Shown here one piece after another: positions 40,299-49,673 of a stretch of DNA of 64,000 nt. The notes below the pieces were generated by a model, which searched no databases, was not told where the DNA came from, and was given only the letters and a program-made list of their open reading frames with translations. The translations under genes were made by a program, and so were the position numbers. The DNA is taken from positions 192,001-256,000 of the forward strand of contig CBDAOB010000002.1 in the NCBI GenBank assembly GCA_965197905.1, given 5' to 3'. Each line of letters opens with the position of its first letter. Position 1 is the first letter of the stretch. This DNA is from Candidatus Latescibacterota bacterium (GTDB taxonomy: Bacteria; Latescibacterota; UBA2968; UBA8231).

Positions 40299-40364
40299 GC
40301 CACTGCAAATCGCAGTCGGTCCCACTCCCCGGCCTGAAGCCGACGCCATTGAAAGCCAGCTGCC

Positions 40365-41330
40365 GTGAGGATTCTCATCGTCACACCCGCGCCGCCGCGT
40401 TCGCGCAAGGGGAACCGCGTCACCGCTCTAAGCTGGTCGAGGATCCTCCGCGACCTGGGGCACCGGGTGAATGTGGTCGAGGCGTTCCATCGCCAGCGCT
40501 GCGATCTGATGATCGCCCTGCACGCTCAGCGTAGCTACCCGTCCGTCGAACGCTTCCGCCGACTGCGGCCGCAACTACCGCTAGTGCTCGCCTTGACGGG
40601 CACCGACCTCTACAGCGACATCCACTCGTCCGCTCAGGCGCGCCAAGCCCTCGACCTGTCCGACAGACTCATCGTCCTGCAGCCGCGGGGCATCGAGGAG
40701 CTGCCGCTCCACCTGCACCCCAGGACTCGCGTGATCTATCAGTCCATCAGCGCCCCTCCGGGCCGGTTCAGACCAAGACGGGACACCTTCGAAATCTGTG
40801 TCGTCGGCCACATGCGTCCTGTCAAAGACCCCTTTCGCACCGCCGAGGCTGCGCGTCTGTTGCCTGAGACTTCGAGGCTGAACATACTGCACATTGGGGG
40901 CGCGCTGAGCACGGACATGGAGCGGCGCGCCGTCTCCGAGGCGGCCACCAACCCGCGCTACCGCTGGCTTGGCGAGTTGTCGCGCGGCCAGGCGATACGC
41001 GCCATGGCCAGATGCCGACTGCTGGTGCTGACATCCGAGATGGAGGGCGGTGCCAACGTAGTCTGCGAAGCGCTGGTCTGCGGCGTCCCGTTGGTGTCGT
41101 CTCACATCGCCGGCTCCATCGGACTGTTGGGAGAGGACTACCCGGGTTATTTTCCGGTCGGCGATACCGCGGCCTTGGCTGCGCTGCTAAACCGGTGCGA
41201 AACCGACACCGGCTTTTACAATAGCCTGAGGGAACGCTGCATCCTACTGGCGGGCGTCCTGGACCCGGCAGACGAGCGCCGCCGCTGGGCGTCGTTGTTG
41301 CAGGAGCTGTCCGTCGACAGAGCCATCTGA
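40365..41330 (+). CDS. senB: Selenosugar synthase SenB (TIGR04348-type glycosyltransferase)
   Basis: 'GNRVTA..W', 'ALHA.RS', 'LTGTDLY', 'R.VKDP', 'S.MEGGANV', 'GLLG.DY.GYF'. Confidence 0.9.
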   Translation: MRILIVTPAPPRSRKGNRVTALSWSRILRDLGHRVNVVEAFHRQRCDLMIALHAQRSYPSVERFRRLRPQLPLVLALTGTDLYSDIHSSAQARQALDLSDRLIVLQPRGIEELPLHLHPRTRVIYQSISAPPGRFRPRRDTFEICVVGHMRPVKDPFRTAEAARLLPETSRLNILHIGGALSTDMERRAVSEAATNPRYRWLGELSRGQAIRAMARCRLLVLTSEMEGGANVVCEALVCGVPLVSSHIAGSIGLLGEDYPGYFPVGDTAALAALLNRCETDTGFYNSLRERCILLAGVLDPADERRRWASLLQELSVDRAI

Positions 41331-41359
41331 CGCCTACAAATATGGAGCACCCAGTCTTC

Positions 41360-42739
41360 TCATTCGATCCAGTAAGAATAGAATCGGGCTCGCCTTGTGG
41401 TGAAGCGCAGGGCAACCTCGCGACCTTGAATCTGCTCTAGGTTTTGCTGCCAGGTCAGCTCGGCCGAGGGCTGATCTCCGCTCAATGGCAGGGATGAACA
41501 CAAGGGCTCACCGCTCGGTGTGATCACCTCCGCTTCTAGCTCGCCGCCGGCAGCATCCACGTTGACGCAAACTTTCTTGCCGCTGAACCGGAACGGTCTT
41601 GTCGCCAGGCTGCCTACCTCGTCGCCGGCGTCGAGGGATATGAAGCCGTCTAGACGCAGTACCGCCAGACAAATACCACACTCGTCCCATCCCAGCTCCC
41701 GCTTCATGCTCGGTCCCCCGTATTTCTTACCGGCAGTGTAGTAGAACCAGAGCTCGTTTTTCCTTACCAGCGGAAACGACGGTCCGACGAGCCAGCTCAA
41801 GTCCAGGTCACCGCCCCCAATGGGTGAGGTATCGAGAAACGGCTGCCGTTGCCCGAGACGCTGCCAGCTGAGAAGGTCGCGGCTCGAGGTCAGTTGCACG
41901 TGGTGAAACGAGGCCCAGTCGCCGTCGCGCTGATAGACGGTCCGTTCATCTTCGGGGATATCCCAGTCGGCAAATTCGGGCCAGGCACCGGCGACCTTAC
42001 CAGTCTGGTGGTAGATCATCGGCATCCCGATGTAGTGACTCTCATAACGAAACGCGGCCATGTTGTAGATCTCGACTCGGTAGGAGGGAGGAAAATCGAA
42101 ATGGGGACTCCGCTGGGTTGGATCGGCGAATCGCCTGGCGATATTCTCGCGCCCCAGAATCTGGTCCGGGTCGTCGGCGTAGAAGATCAGCTCAGGATCC
42201 GACCAGGTATCGAAGTCTTTGCTGGTGGAGAGCCAGACCGAACGTCCGTTGGGGCCGCGGTGTTTGACCGTGGCGATGAACAATCTGCCGCGGGCATCGA
42301 AGGAGAAGTTGTGTTCGTCGGCGCTGGGCACCGGCGGCAGGTCCAGCTTCGTCCAGCTCACGCCATCCGGCGAGACCGCCCGCTCGCTCGGTGTAAACCC
42401 CTTGAACCGCCGGCCCGGATCGTCATCCTCGACGTCGTAGATTACCTCCCCAGGTCCGGTGTGCGGCCCCACGATTTCCCAGTGGAGACCATCGGTGCTT
42501 TCTCTTCTGCCACCCCCGTCCCAGAGCTTGAACAGCTCTGCTTCCGGATCCCAGATAGGCGCCGTGCGGATCTGCAGGCAAGTCTGGCCCGAGTCAATAT
42601 CGGGGCGGATCACCGCGCCTTTCTTGATGGGCCGGTGCATGGTCCGCATCAGGCCATGCGAGCTGGCAATGCCGACGTCATCGAGAAACAGCTGGTGGTC
42701 GCCGTTGGACGGGTCGAATGTCAGTTCCGGAGTTCGCAC
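41360..42739 (-). CDS. 5-bladed beta-propeller glycosidase-like protein with C-terminal beta-sandwich
   Basis: 'QLFLDD', Asp-box-like 'S.DG..W' repeats, 'LWFYY', 'LRLDGF.SL.AG'; paralog of 61275..62759. Confidence 0.7.
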   Translation of the reverse strand: MRTPELTFDPSNGDHQLFLDDVGIASSHGLMRTMHRPIKKGAVIRPDIDSGQTCLQIRTAPIWDPEAELFKLWDGGGRRESTDGLHWEIVGPHTGPGEVIYDVEDDDPGRRFKGFTPSERAVSPDGVSWTKLDLPPVPSADEHNFSFDARGRLFIATVKHRGPNGRSVWLSTSKDFDTWSDPELIFYADDPDQILGRENIARRFADPTQRSPHFDFPPSYRVEIYNMAAFRYESHYIGMPMIYHQTGKVAGAWPEFADWDIPEDERTVYQRDGDWASFHHVQLTSSRDLLSWQRLGQRQPFLDTSPIGGGDLDLSWLVGPSFPLVRKNELWFYYTAGKKYGGPSMKRELGWDECGICLAVLRLDGFISLDAGDEVGSLATRPFRFSGKKVCVNVDAAGGELEAEVITPSGEPLCSSLPLSGDQPSAELTWQQNLEQIQGREVALRFTTRRARFYSYWIE

Positions 42740-42970
42740 AACGGTTTCAATTCCGGTGCAGAAGTTTCAGAATTCATTGATACGAATTTGATCCCTGTGA
42801 AAGCTGCCGGGTTGGAAACCGCCACAGATGCAGCTTTGAGAACAGGAGGGGGTATATACCGTAAATGTCATTAAGATCGACTTTCGTCGAGCGCCGACAA
42901 GGGCGTTGTGCTCCTTCTCCGTCTAACCTACACTCTCCACCACTCTTCCACCTCACCACAGGAGGTTACC

Positions 42971-43459
42971 ATGACGCATTGCACCAGGTGTTACTCGATT
43001 CTGGCTGTTGCCATTTCCATCACGTTGGCGCTGCAAACCACGCAAGCCCGGGAAAAGCCCGGTGCCGGGGAAGGCAAGATGGGGCGTATGAAGACACTCA
43101 TGCCGCCGCCGGAATCCATCGACTTTATCCACGATCTGGCTGATCGCACCGGCCGCATTGGGGTGACAGATGAACTTAACGGCGAGACGATTCAATTCGT
43201 CGGATTCGTGAAAGTCGGTCGCAGCCACGAACCGGATGGTCCCGGGCTCGCCCTGGAAGAAGGCCAGGCGTTAGCGGTGTTTCGGGTTCCGCTGGATTTG
43301 CCTGAGGATAATGAGGCACGACCCGCTCGCCGTCCGACGAAGGGGAAGCGCCGTGGGCCCCGGGTCATGCCGCTCCTCACTGGCGAAGAGGCGGAGGAGA
43401 GTGGATTCCACCTTCTCGCCCTGCACAATGCAGAGATTGGCACACCTCATTTTTCATAG
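42971..43459 (+). CDS. Exported hypothetical protein (possibly the N-terminal part of a frameshifted gene running to 43764)
   Basis: Strong GGAGG SD; signal-like 'YSILAVAISITLALQTTQA'. Confidence 0.6.
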   Translation: MTHCTRCYSILAVAISITLALQTTQAREKPGAGEGKMGRMKTLMPPPESIDFIHDLADRTGRIGVTDELNGETIQFVGFVKVGRSHEPDGPGLALEEGQALAVFRVPLDLPEDNEARPARRPTKGKRRGPRVMPLLTGEEAEESGFHLLALHNAEIGTPHFS

Positions 43460-43467
43460 TACGGCCG

Positions 43468-43764
43468 ATGGCAGACGACGAGGCAGCCAAGCATGCTCAG
43501 AAGAGCGAGTCGGCAGATGGGGCGCTCACAGAGCAAGATCAGCAGGACCTGCAGGATATCCAGGACATGGAGGACATGGAGGACATGTACATGGATCAGG
43601 CCGGCATCCCCGGAGGTGACAACCAGGATGGTGGTGGCGATGGTGGCGGCTCGACGAACGACGGCGACTCCGGCTCCTGCGGTGGAGACGGTGGTGGCGA
43701 TTCGGGGGGTGGCGGTGACAGCGGAGGTGGGGGTGGGGATTCGGGTGGTGGAGGCAGCGAGTAA
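43468..43764 (+). CDS. Asp/Gly-rich low-complexity ORF
   Basis: (Q/E)D(M/L/I) triplet repeats and GGGDS repeats with synonymous codon variation; no SD. Confidence 0.55.
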   Translation: MADDEAAKHAQKSESADGALTEQDQQDLQDIQDMEDMEDMYMDQAGIPGGDNQDGGGDGGGSTNDGDSGSCGGDGGGDSGGGGDSGGGGGDSGGGGSE

Positions 43765-43794
43765 CCCGCTCCGGAGAGAAGGTCACAGCTAGGC

Positions 43795-45906
43795 TTGCCA
43801 CAAACGGACAACCTATTCCTGCAGACCGACGGTCTTCCCCAGTTCGACCGGATGGCACCGGAGCACGTGGTGCCGGCGATGGAGAAGGTACTGGCGGACG
43901 CAACCGCGAAGATCGAAGAGATCGAGGCCAACCTGGAGCCGAGCTGGGATGGCCTGCTGAAACCGCTGGAAGAGCTGGACGTTCCGTTCGAGTATTCGTG
44001 GCACTGCGTTTGCCATCTCATGTCGGTGAGGAACTCTCCGGAGCTTCGGAAAAAACACGAGAGGATGGAGCCGAAGGTGGTCGAGCTCGGCCTGCGCATC
44101 GATCAGAGCCGGCCGGTCTACGAAGGATTGATCGCCATCCGAGACGGTAACGTGTGGGAAGAGCTAGATGAGGCTCAGCGCCGGATCGTAGAGAACAAGA
44201 TCCGGGCGGCCGAGAACGCCGGAGTCGGTCTCGACGGGAAGGACAAGGAGCGGTTCCTGGAGATCTCGCGGGAGCTGTCGAGGATCAGCACCGAGTTCTC
44301 GAACCATGTTCTGGACGCCCGCAAGGCGTACGAACTGATCCTCACAGACAAGGGCGAGACCGAGGGATGGCCCGACAGTCTTCGGCGAGTAACAGCCAAC
44401 TCCTACTCCGAGGCACGGGGAAACGAGGAATCCGCAGTGCCTCAAGATGCCGTGGAAGCAACGCCACAGGACGGCCCGTGGAGGGTCACGCTCGATTTCC
44501 CCAGCTTCATGCCGTTCATGCAGCATCATCGCAACCGCCAGCATCGGGAGGCGGTTTACCGTGTTCAAGTCACCCTGGCGTCTTCCGGTGCATACGACAA
44601 CACCGACTTGATCACGCAGACATTGAAGCTGCGGCGCGAGCAGGCGGTGCTACTGGGCTACGGGACGTTCGCGGAGCGGAGCCTCGACACTAAGATGGCC
44701 CCGGATGTGGCGGCGGTCGACAAGATGACGGACGAGCTGCGGGATCCGTCGCGTCGGCATGCCGAGCGGGACCTGGACGATTTGCGCGCGCTTGCAAAGG
44801 AAGGTGGCCAGGAGGACGGCTTGCGTCATTGGGACCTGGCTTTCTGGGCGGAGCGACTGCGTGAAAAGCGATTCGACTACACCGACGATCAGCTGCGTCC
44901 GTATTTCCCGCTTCCGCGAGTGCTCGACGGCCTGTTCGGAATTTGTGAAGAGCTTTTCGATGTGAACTTCGAGCCGGCCGATGGCGAGGCGCCCGTATGG
45001 CACCTGGACGTTCGCTACTTTCTGGTCAAGGATGGAGCCGGCGAGACCGTTGCTTCCTTTTATCTCGACCCCTACTCCCGCCCGGCTGACAAGCAGGGCG
45101 GCGCGTGGATGAATGACTGCATGAGTCGTCGCATCCACAACGGGAGGCTGCGGCTGCCGGTAGTGCACCTGGTGTGTAACGGTACGCCGCCGGTAAAGAA
45201 CCCACCGTCGCTCATGAGCTTCAACGAAGTCGAGACGTTGTTCCACGAATTCGGCCACGGCCTGCAGGGCATGCTCACTACCGTGGATTATGCCGATGCG
45301 TCGGGCATCCACGGTGTAGAGTGGGACGCGGTGGAGATCGCCTCCCAGTTCATGGAGAACTGGTGCTACCACCAGCCGACGCTGACAGGAATGACGAAAC
45401 ACGTTGAAACGGGCGAGACGTTGCCTGACGACCTGTTCGACAAGATCGTGGCGTCCCGCACCTTCCGGGCGGGCTCCCCGATGCTGCGGCAGCTGGAGCT
45501 AGGCAGGACGGATATGCGCCTTCATGACATCTTCGATCCGCACGGGGACACAACGCCATTCGACGCGCACCGTGCGGTGACGACGGAGATGTCGGTGTTT
45601 CCGCCGTTCGACGGAGACCGCCTGCTGTGCTCCTTCACCCACATCTTCGCGGGCGGATATGCCGCCGGCTACTACAGTTATAAGTGGGCGGAGGTGCTGA
45701 GCGCCGATGCCTGGGATGCCTTCGAGGAAGCCGGCCTGGAGAACGAGCAAGAGGTCCGGGAACTCGGCCGGCACTTCCGCGACACGGTGCTGGCGCTCGG
45801 TGGTGGGCGGCATCCAATGGATGTGTTCCGCGATTTTCGAGGTAGGGAGCCGGATACGCAGGCCCTGCTACGACAGAACCGACTCCTCGACGAACCGAAA
45901 GCCTGA
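43795..45906 (+). CDS. prlC: Oligopeptidase A (M3 family)
   Basis: 'K.GGAWM', 'LFHEFGH', 'WDAVE..SQFMEN', 'YAAGYYSYKWAEVL'. Confidence 0.93.
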   Translation: MPQTDNLFLQTDGLPQFDRMAPEHVVPAMEKVLADATAKIEEIEANLEPSWDGLLKPLEELDVPFEYSWHCVCHLMSVRNSPELRKKHERMEPKVVELGLRIDQSRPVYEGLIAIRDGNVWEELDEAQRRIVENKIRAAENAGVGLDGKDKERFLEISRELSRISTEFSNHVLDARKAYELILTDKGETEGWPDSLRRVTANSYSEARGNEESAVPQDAVEATPQDGPWRVTLDFPSFMPFMQHHRNRQHREAVYRVQVTLASSGAYDNTDLITQTLKLRREQAVLLGYGTFAERSLDTKMAPDVAAVDKMTDELRDPSRRHAERDLDDLRALAKEGGQEDGLRHWDLAFWAERLREKRFDYTDDQLRPYFPLPRVLDGLFGICEELFDVNFEPADGEAPVWHLDVRYFLVKDGAGETVASFYLDPYSRPADKQGGAWMNDCMSRRIHNGRLRLPVVHLVCNGTPPVKNPPSLMSFNEVETLFHEFGHGLQGMLTTVDYADASGIHGVEWDAVEIASQFMENWCYHQPTLTGMTKHVETGETLPDDLFDKIVASRTFRAGSPMLRQLELGRTDMRLHDIFDPHGDTTPFDAHRAVTTEMSVFPPFDGDRLLCSFTHIFAGGYAAGYYSYKWAEVLSADAWDAFEEAGLENEQEVRELGRHFRDTVLALGGGRHPMDVFRDFRGREPDTQALLRQNRLLDEPKA

Positions 45907-45950
45907 ATCTCCCCTCTTCGAGCCTGGCAACCCTCCAGCGACACGGTCGT

Positions 45951-46970
45951 TCACTCGTAAAACCAATCCACGGGGACCCTGGTCACCCGCAATGTATGGA
46001 TCGGTCGGTCCAGGAGCTCGACGTAATAACTCAGAACAGCGTCTTCTCCGAAGAAACTCAAACTGGCGTAGCTGTAAGCCAGGGAACGGTCCGTCTCCAG
46101 TTCCTTTAAGTGCGGCCAGCTCTTTCCCTCATCGGTGGATATGGTGCAGGTCAGCGGGGTGCGCATTCCCTGGTGATGGTGCTCCACGTCGACGGTGGGA
46201 TTGCGAATGAGGAGAATATCGCCCGTCGTCGGGATCCGCTGCAGTACAAACGGTGCCATCGGCGCGGCAATGCCCGAAGATTCCGTTTCGCCCCAGTGCT
46301 CTCCGCCGTTTTCCGAGTAGGTCTGGTAAAGGGTGCCCTGGTCGGTGCGCAACAGCATCCACAACCTGCCATCCTTGAGCTCCACGACCTTGGGCTCCAT
46401 GGCTCCGGATTCGCGAGCGAACACCGTGTTGCTCGAACGCCACGATGTTCCCTCGTCGTCAGAAATGAGGCAGCCGGCTTCCAGCCTGGCGGGTGTGCCG
46501 GCGGCCGCCATGTTGACGGTATAAGGCAGGAAGAGGAGTCCGCTGGTAAGCCGCAGGGCGCTGTCGTTACACAGGCAGTGGTAGCGGTCGTTTGAGGTCA
46601 GGAACATAGCAGGACCAAAGGTTTCTCCCCCGTCGGTCGAAAGGCGAGCGCAGATTACGCACGACCGTTCCGAATCCTGACGTTGATAAAACAGGAAGAG
46701 CCGATCCGGCGCGAGCTGCAGCATACTGACCGCCGCCACATTCTTGCGACCCTCGTTTTCAACCACTAGCTGCGATTCGCTCCACGAACGACCACCGTCC
46801 GTGGAACGACGGCTGAGGATCTGGGCTGCCGCGTCGTCCTCCCACGAGCGGAAGTGGGTGTAAGCCATGAACAGGCCGCCATCGTCGTTCTGGACGATAT
46901 CGGCTTCTCCGGTGCGCATATTGGTCTCGTCACCGGGTACCACATCAACAAATTCGGGGCGTGCTTTCAT
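45951..46970 (-). CDS. BNR/Asp-box sialidase-like protein
   Basis: Multiple S-x-D-x-G-x-(S/T)-W boxes, 'EP', 'RTPL', 'YSY'. Confidence 0.85.
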   Translation of the reverse strand: MKARPEFVDVVPGDETNMRTGEADIVQNDDGGLFMAYTHFRSWEDDAAAQILSRRSTDGGRSWSESQLVVENEGRKNVAAVSMLQLAPDRLFLFYQRQDSERSCVICARLSTDGGETFGPAMFLTSNDRYHCLCNDSALRLTSGLLFLPYTVNMAAAGTPARLEAGCLISDDEGTSWRSSNTVFARESGAMEPKVVELKDGRLWMLLRTDQGTLYQTYSENGGEHWGETESSGIAAPMAPFVLQRIPTTGDILLIRNPTVDVEHHHQGMRTPLTCTISTDEGKSWPHLKELETDRSLAYSYASLSFFGEDAVLSYYVELLDRPIHTLRVTRVPVDWFYE

Positions 46971-47077
46971 GATCTCCAATCTCCCTTGACCAATTACCAA
47001 AAATAATCCTTTATGCTTCGCATGCACGATTCAGTAGCAACCGAGCCTTCGCAGAAACTAAACAGGAAGGAAAGCTT

Positions 47078-47611
47078 ATGAGGTCGACGCTAGTGCTTGC
47101 CATGTGCCTGTCTCTAGGGTTGCAGGGATGCAGCGATGACAAGAGTCCCACCGGTTCAAACGACACACCCGGAGCCCAACTCGTGGGTGCCTGGACCACC
47201 GAGAGTTCCAACATCGTGGAGGTCTTCGGGGAATTCTTCAGACGGTTTCTGGCTGCTTTGGGGTTATCGGCGGAGCAGATCGAGGCGGCACTCGAAGAGC
47301 TGGCCAATAGTCCACCGAGTAGCGGGCCCGTCCAGGACCAAGTGGTTTTCAATGCTGATAACACCTGGGCGGGAGGCGAAGCAAGCGGAACCTGGAGCGT
47401 CGACGGCAAACGTCTGACTATGTCCGGGACTACGGAAGAAGGGGAAGAAGTGACCCCCTTTACCTATTCGATCTCCGGCGACCGGCTAACCCTGACGCTC
47501 GACGTGGAGGAATTGCTGGCGGTAGTGAGCGCAGAAGAACAGCAGGCAATGGAGCAGATGGGAATCGACCTGAGCAATTCGTTGGTGATAGTCCTGGTCA
47601 GGGCGGACTAG
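47078..47611 (+). CDS. Lipoprotein, lipocalin-like beta domain
   Basis: Lipobox 'LQGC', 'LVGAW', 'FNADNT', 'GTWSV.G..LT'. Confidence 0.75.
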   Translation: MRSTLVLAMCLSLGLQGCSDDKSPTGSNDTPGAQLVGAWTTESSNIVEVFGEFFRRFLAALGLSAEQIEAALEELANSPPSSGPVQDQVVFNADNTWAGGEASGTWSVDGKRLTMSGTTEEGEEVTPFTYSISGDRLTLTLDVEELLAVVSAEEQQAMEQMGIDLSNSLVIVLVRAD

Positions 47612-48486
47612 CGCTGAATCTCATCGGTTGGCGTGCTGATAATGCCATAGGTTTCAGGGCGTCGATCGCGGAACATGAAGTGCAAGCGGCGGGCGTACTG
47701 CAGGTGCTCCCGATCCAGGACGACTTGTAGCACCTCTTCCCGATCGTAGCTGGCCATGGCGATCTGCTCTCCCAACGGATCGAAGGCAATGCTGTGTCCT
47801 CCCATCACGATCGGCATGTCCGGAGCGGGGGCGTGACCGATGTTGTTTGCAGCCAGCACGTAGGCAATGTTCTCGAAGGCGCGGGTGGCCAGCAGCTCAC
47901 GCCACAGAGTTTTCTTGGTGTCGGAGATTCCGAACGGCGCGAGGACCACTTCAGCCCCCGCCAATGCCAGGCATCGTATGGCTTCCGGAAAGTAGGTATC
48001 GTAGCAGAGTATGATCCCTACCTTCCACCCGTCGATGGAGAACACCGGATAGCGGGAGCCGGTGCGAAAATATATCGACTCGATGCCCAGGTCGGTGACC
48101 AGCTCGCCGTCGATGACGATATGACGCTCGCCGCCTATATGGGTTTTGCGGTATTTACCGACGATGGCTCCGTCCGGACCGACCAGCATTGCCGTATCGT
48201 AGAACAGATCGGTGCCATCCTGTTCGAATATGGTGGCGACGACATGCACGCGGTGCCGGGAGGCTTTCTCTTTGACAGCTGACATGGCCGGTCCGTCGTC
48301 TGGGGCTGCGAGGTCGTACTTCCGGTAGTCGCGGGAGCCAGGGAAGAACCCGGTACTCCAGTATTCTGGAAGCAGCACCACTGTGGAACCACCCTCCGCC
48401 GCCAGGTCTATCAGACGCGCCGCCGTCTGAATGTTGCGCTCCGTCTCGCCAACTACACTTTCCATCTGGATGACACCCACCTGCAT
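47608..48486 (-). CDS. Carbon-nitrogen hydrolase (nitrilase superfamily)
   Basis: E-K-C triad: 'LPE', 'YRKTH', 'LCYD'; 'RAFEN'. Confidence 0.92.
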   Translation of the reverse strand: MQVGVIQMESVVGETERNIQTAARLIDLAAEGGSTVVLLPEYWSTGFFPGSRDYRKYDLAAPDDGPAMSAVKEKASRHRVHVVATIFEQDGTDLFYDTAMLVGPDGAIVGKYRKTHIGGERHIVIDGELVTDLGIESIYFRTGSRYPVFSIDGWKVGIILCYDTYFPEAIRCLALAGAEVVLAPFGISDTKKTLWRELLATRAFENIAYVLAANNIGHAPAPDMPIVMGGHSIAFDPLGEQIAMASYDREEVLQVVLDREHLQYARRLHFMFRDRRPETYGIISTPTDEIQR

Positions 48487-48687
48487 GACTTCAAGTCCTT
48501 TGCTGGACCTCTAGTGAGGCACAATGACTCGCACAGAATTAAGGTCAATATCTGGGCGCATCCAGGGTAGCTGCCCGCCGCCTTCGCGGCACCTTACGGC
48601 GATTACCTTGACCCCAATACCGGCATCGCGGTTTATTAACCGGCATCTGGACAAGAGATCATACAATCGAAGCTTGCGGAGGATGAC

Positions 48688-49629
48688 ATGATCAGAGTTG
48701 GCTTGATTGGCTGCGGTGGCCGAGGCAAAGGTGAGCTGCGAGAGCTAGCGAATTTCGAGGATGTCGAGGTCGTGGCGGTCTGTGATCCCGTGCCGGAGGC
48801 GTTGGCGCAGGCAGCGGATGAGTTCGGCATTCAGCACAGGTACGAGTCGATCGAAAAGATGCTGGATGCCGGGGTCGTCGACGTCGCGTTTGTCACTACT
48901 CCGGCGCATCTCAACGCGCCATCTGCCCTGCCCTGTCTCGAGGCCGGCATACACACGCTAGTGGAGAAGCCACCGGGGATGCGCTCGGAGGAGACGATCG
49001 AGCTGCGCGAAACCGCGGACCGCACCGGGGCCAAGGCGATGGTTGGTTGGCAGCGGCGTTTTAATCCCTTCATCGTCGAGGCGCGGCGACAGATCGAGGA
49101 ACGGGGTCCGATCGTGCAACTGGTTGGAGAGTTCCACAAGAATCTAGCCTGGTTCGAGCAGGGAGGCTTCCCAAAGATCGTCTTGGAGAATTTGCTCCTG
49201 GAGAGTCCGATTCACGCCATCGACTGCGTCCGGGCGCTGGCCGGCTCCGATGTGGCGGAGGTCCACAGTACCGTGAAGCGCCGGTTCTCGAAATACAACG
49301 ATGTGCATGCCGCCCTGGTTTTGTTCGAGAATGGCTGTGTGGCACAGATCAGCTCCAACTACACAGCTGACGCGCGCCTGGAACGCTACGAAATACACGG
49401 TCAGGGGATTTCAGCCTATCTGGAGGGGGTCAAAAGCGGCACGGTGATGGCCGACGGCGAGCGGGTTGAGCTAAAGGTCGAGGGGGATGCCATTCACGCC
49501 AAAGACGAGTTCTTCTTCGACTGCATCCGCAACGACCGTCCGGTCGGTCCCCCCGGAGCCAGTCTCGCCGAAGCCGTCAAGACGATGGAGCTCGCCGAAG
49601 CTATACTCGCAGGACTGAGAGAGGACTGA
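48688..49629 (+). CDS. Gfo/Idh/MocA oxidoreductase
   Basis: 'IGCGGRG', 'EKPP', 'RRF', 'IHAID'. Confidence 0.9.
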   Translation: MIRVGLIGCGGRGKGELRELANFEDVEVVAVCDPVPEALAQAADEFGIQHRYESIEKMLDAGVVDVAFVTTPAHLNAPSALPCLEAGIHTLVEKPPGMRSEETIELRETADRTGAKAMVGWQRRFNPFIVEARRQIEERGPIVQLVGEFHKNLAWFEQGGFPKIVLENLLLESPIHAIDCVRALAGSDVAEVHSTVKRRFSKYNDVHAALVLFENGCVAQISSNYTADARLERYEIHGQGISAYLEGVKSGTVMADGERVELKVEGDAIHAKDEFFFDCIRNDRPVGPPGASLAEAVKTMELAEAILAGLRED

Positions 49630-49673
49630 TTTAGATAGATCGATGGACACACAGCTATTCCGGGGAACGCGTA

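Noticed and set aside
32930..41330. Selenocysteine (in-frame TGA) recoding near the sen genes
   Set aside because: No TGA found at a conserved Cys position; the breaks here are frameshifts. Checked by eye, not exhaustively.
43468..43764. Confident RiPP precursor call
   Set aside because: No radical SAM, ATP-grasp, YcaO or transporter gene nearby, no RBS, and a simpler frameshift explanation exists.
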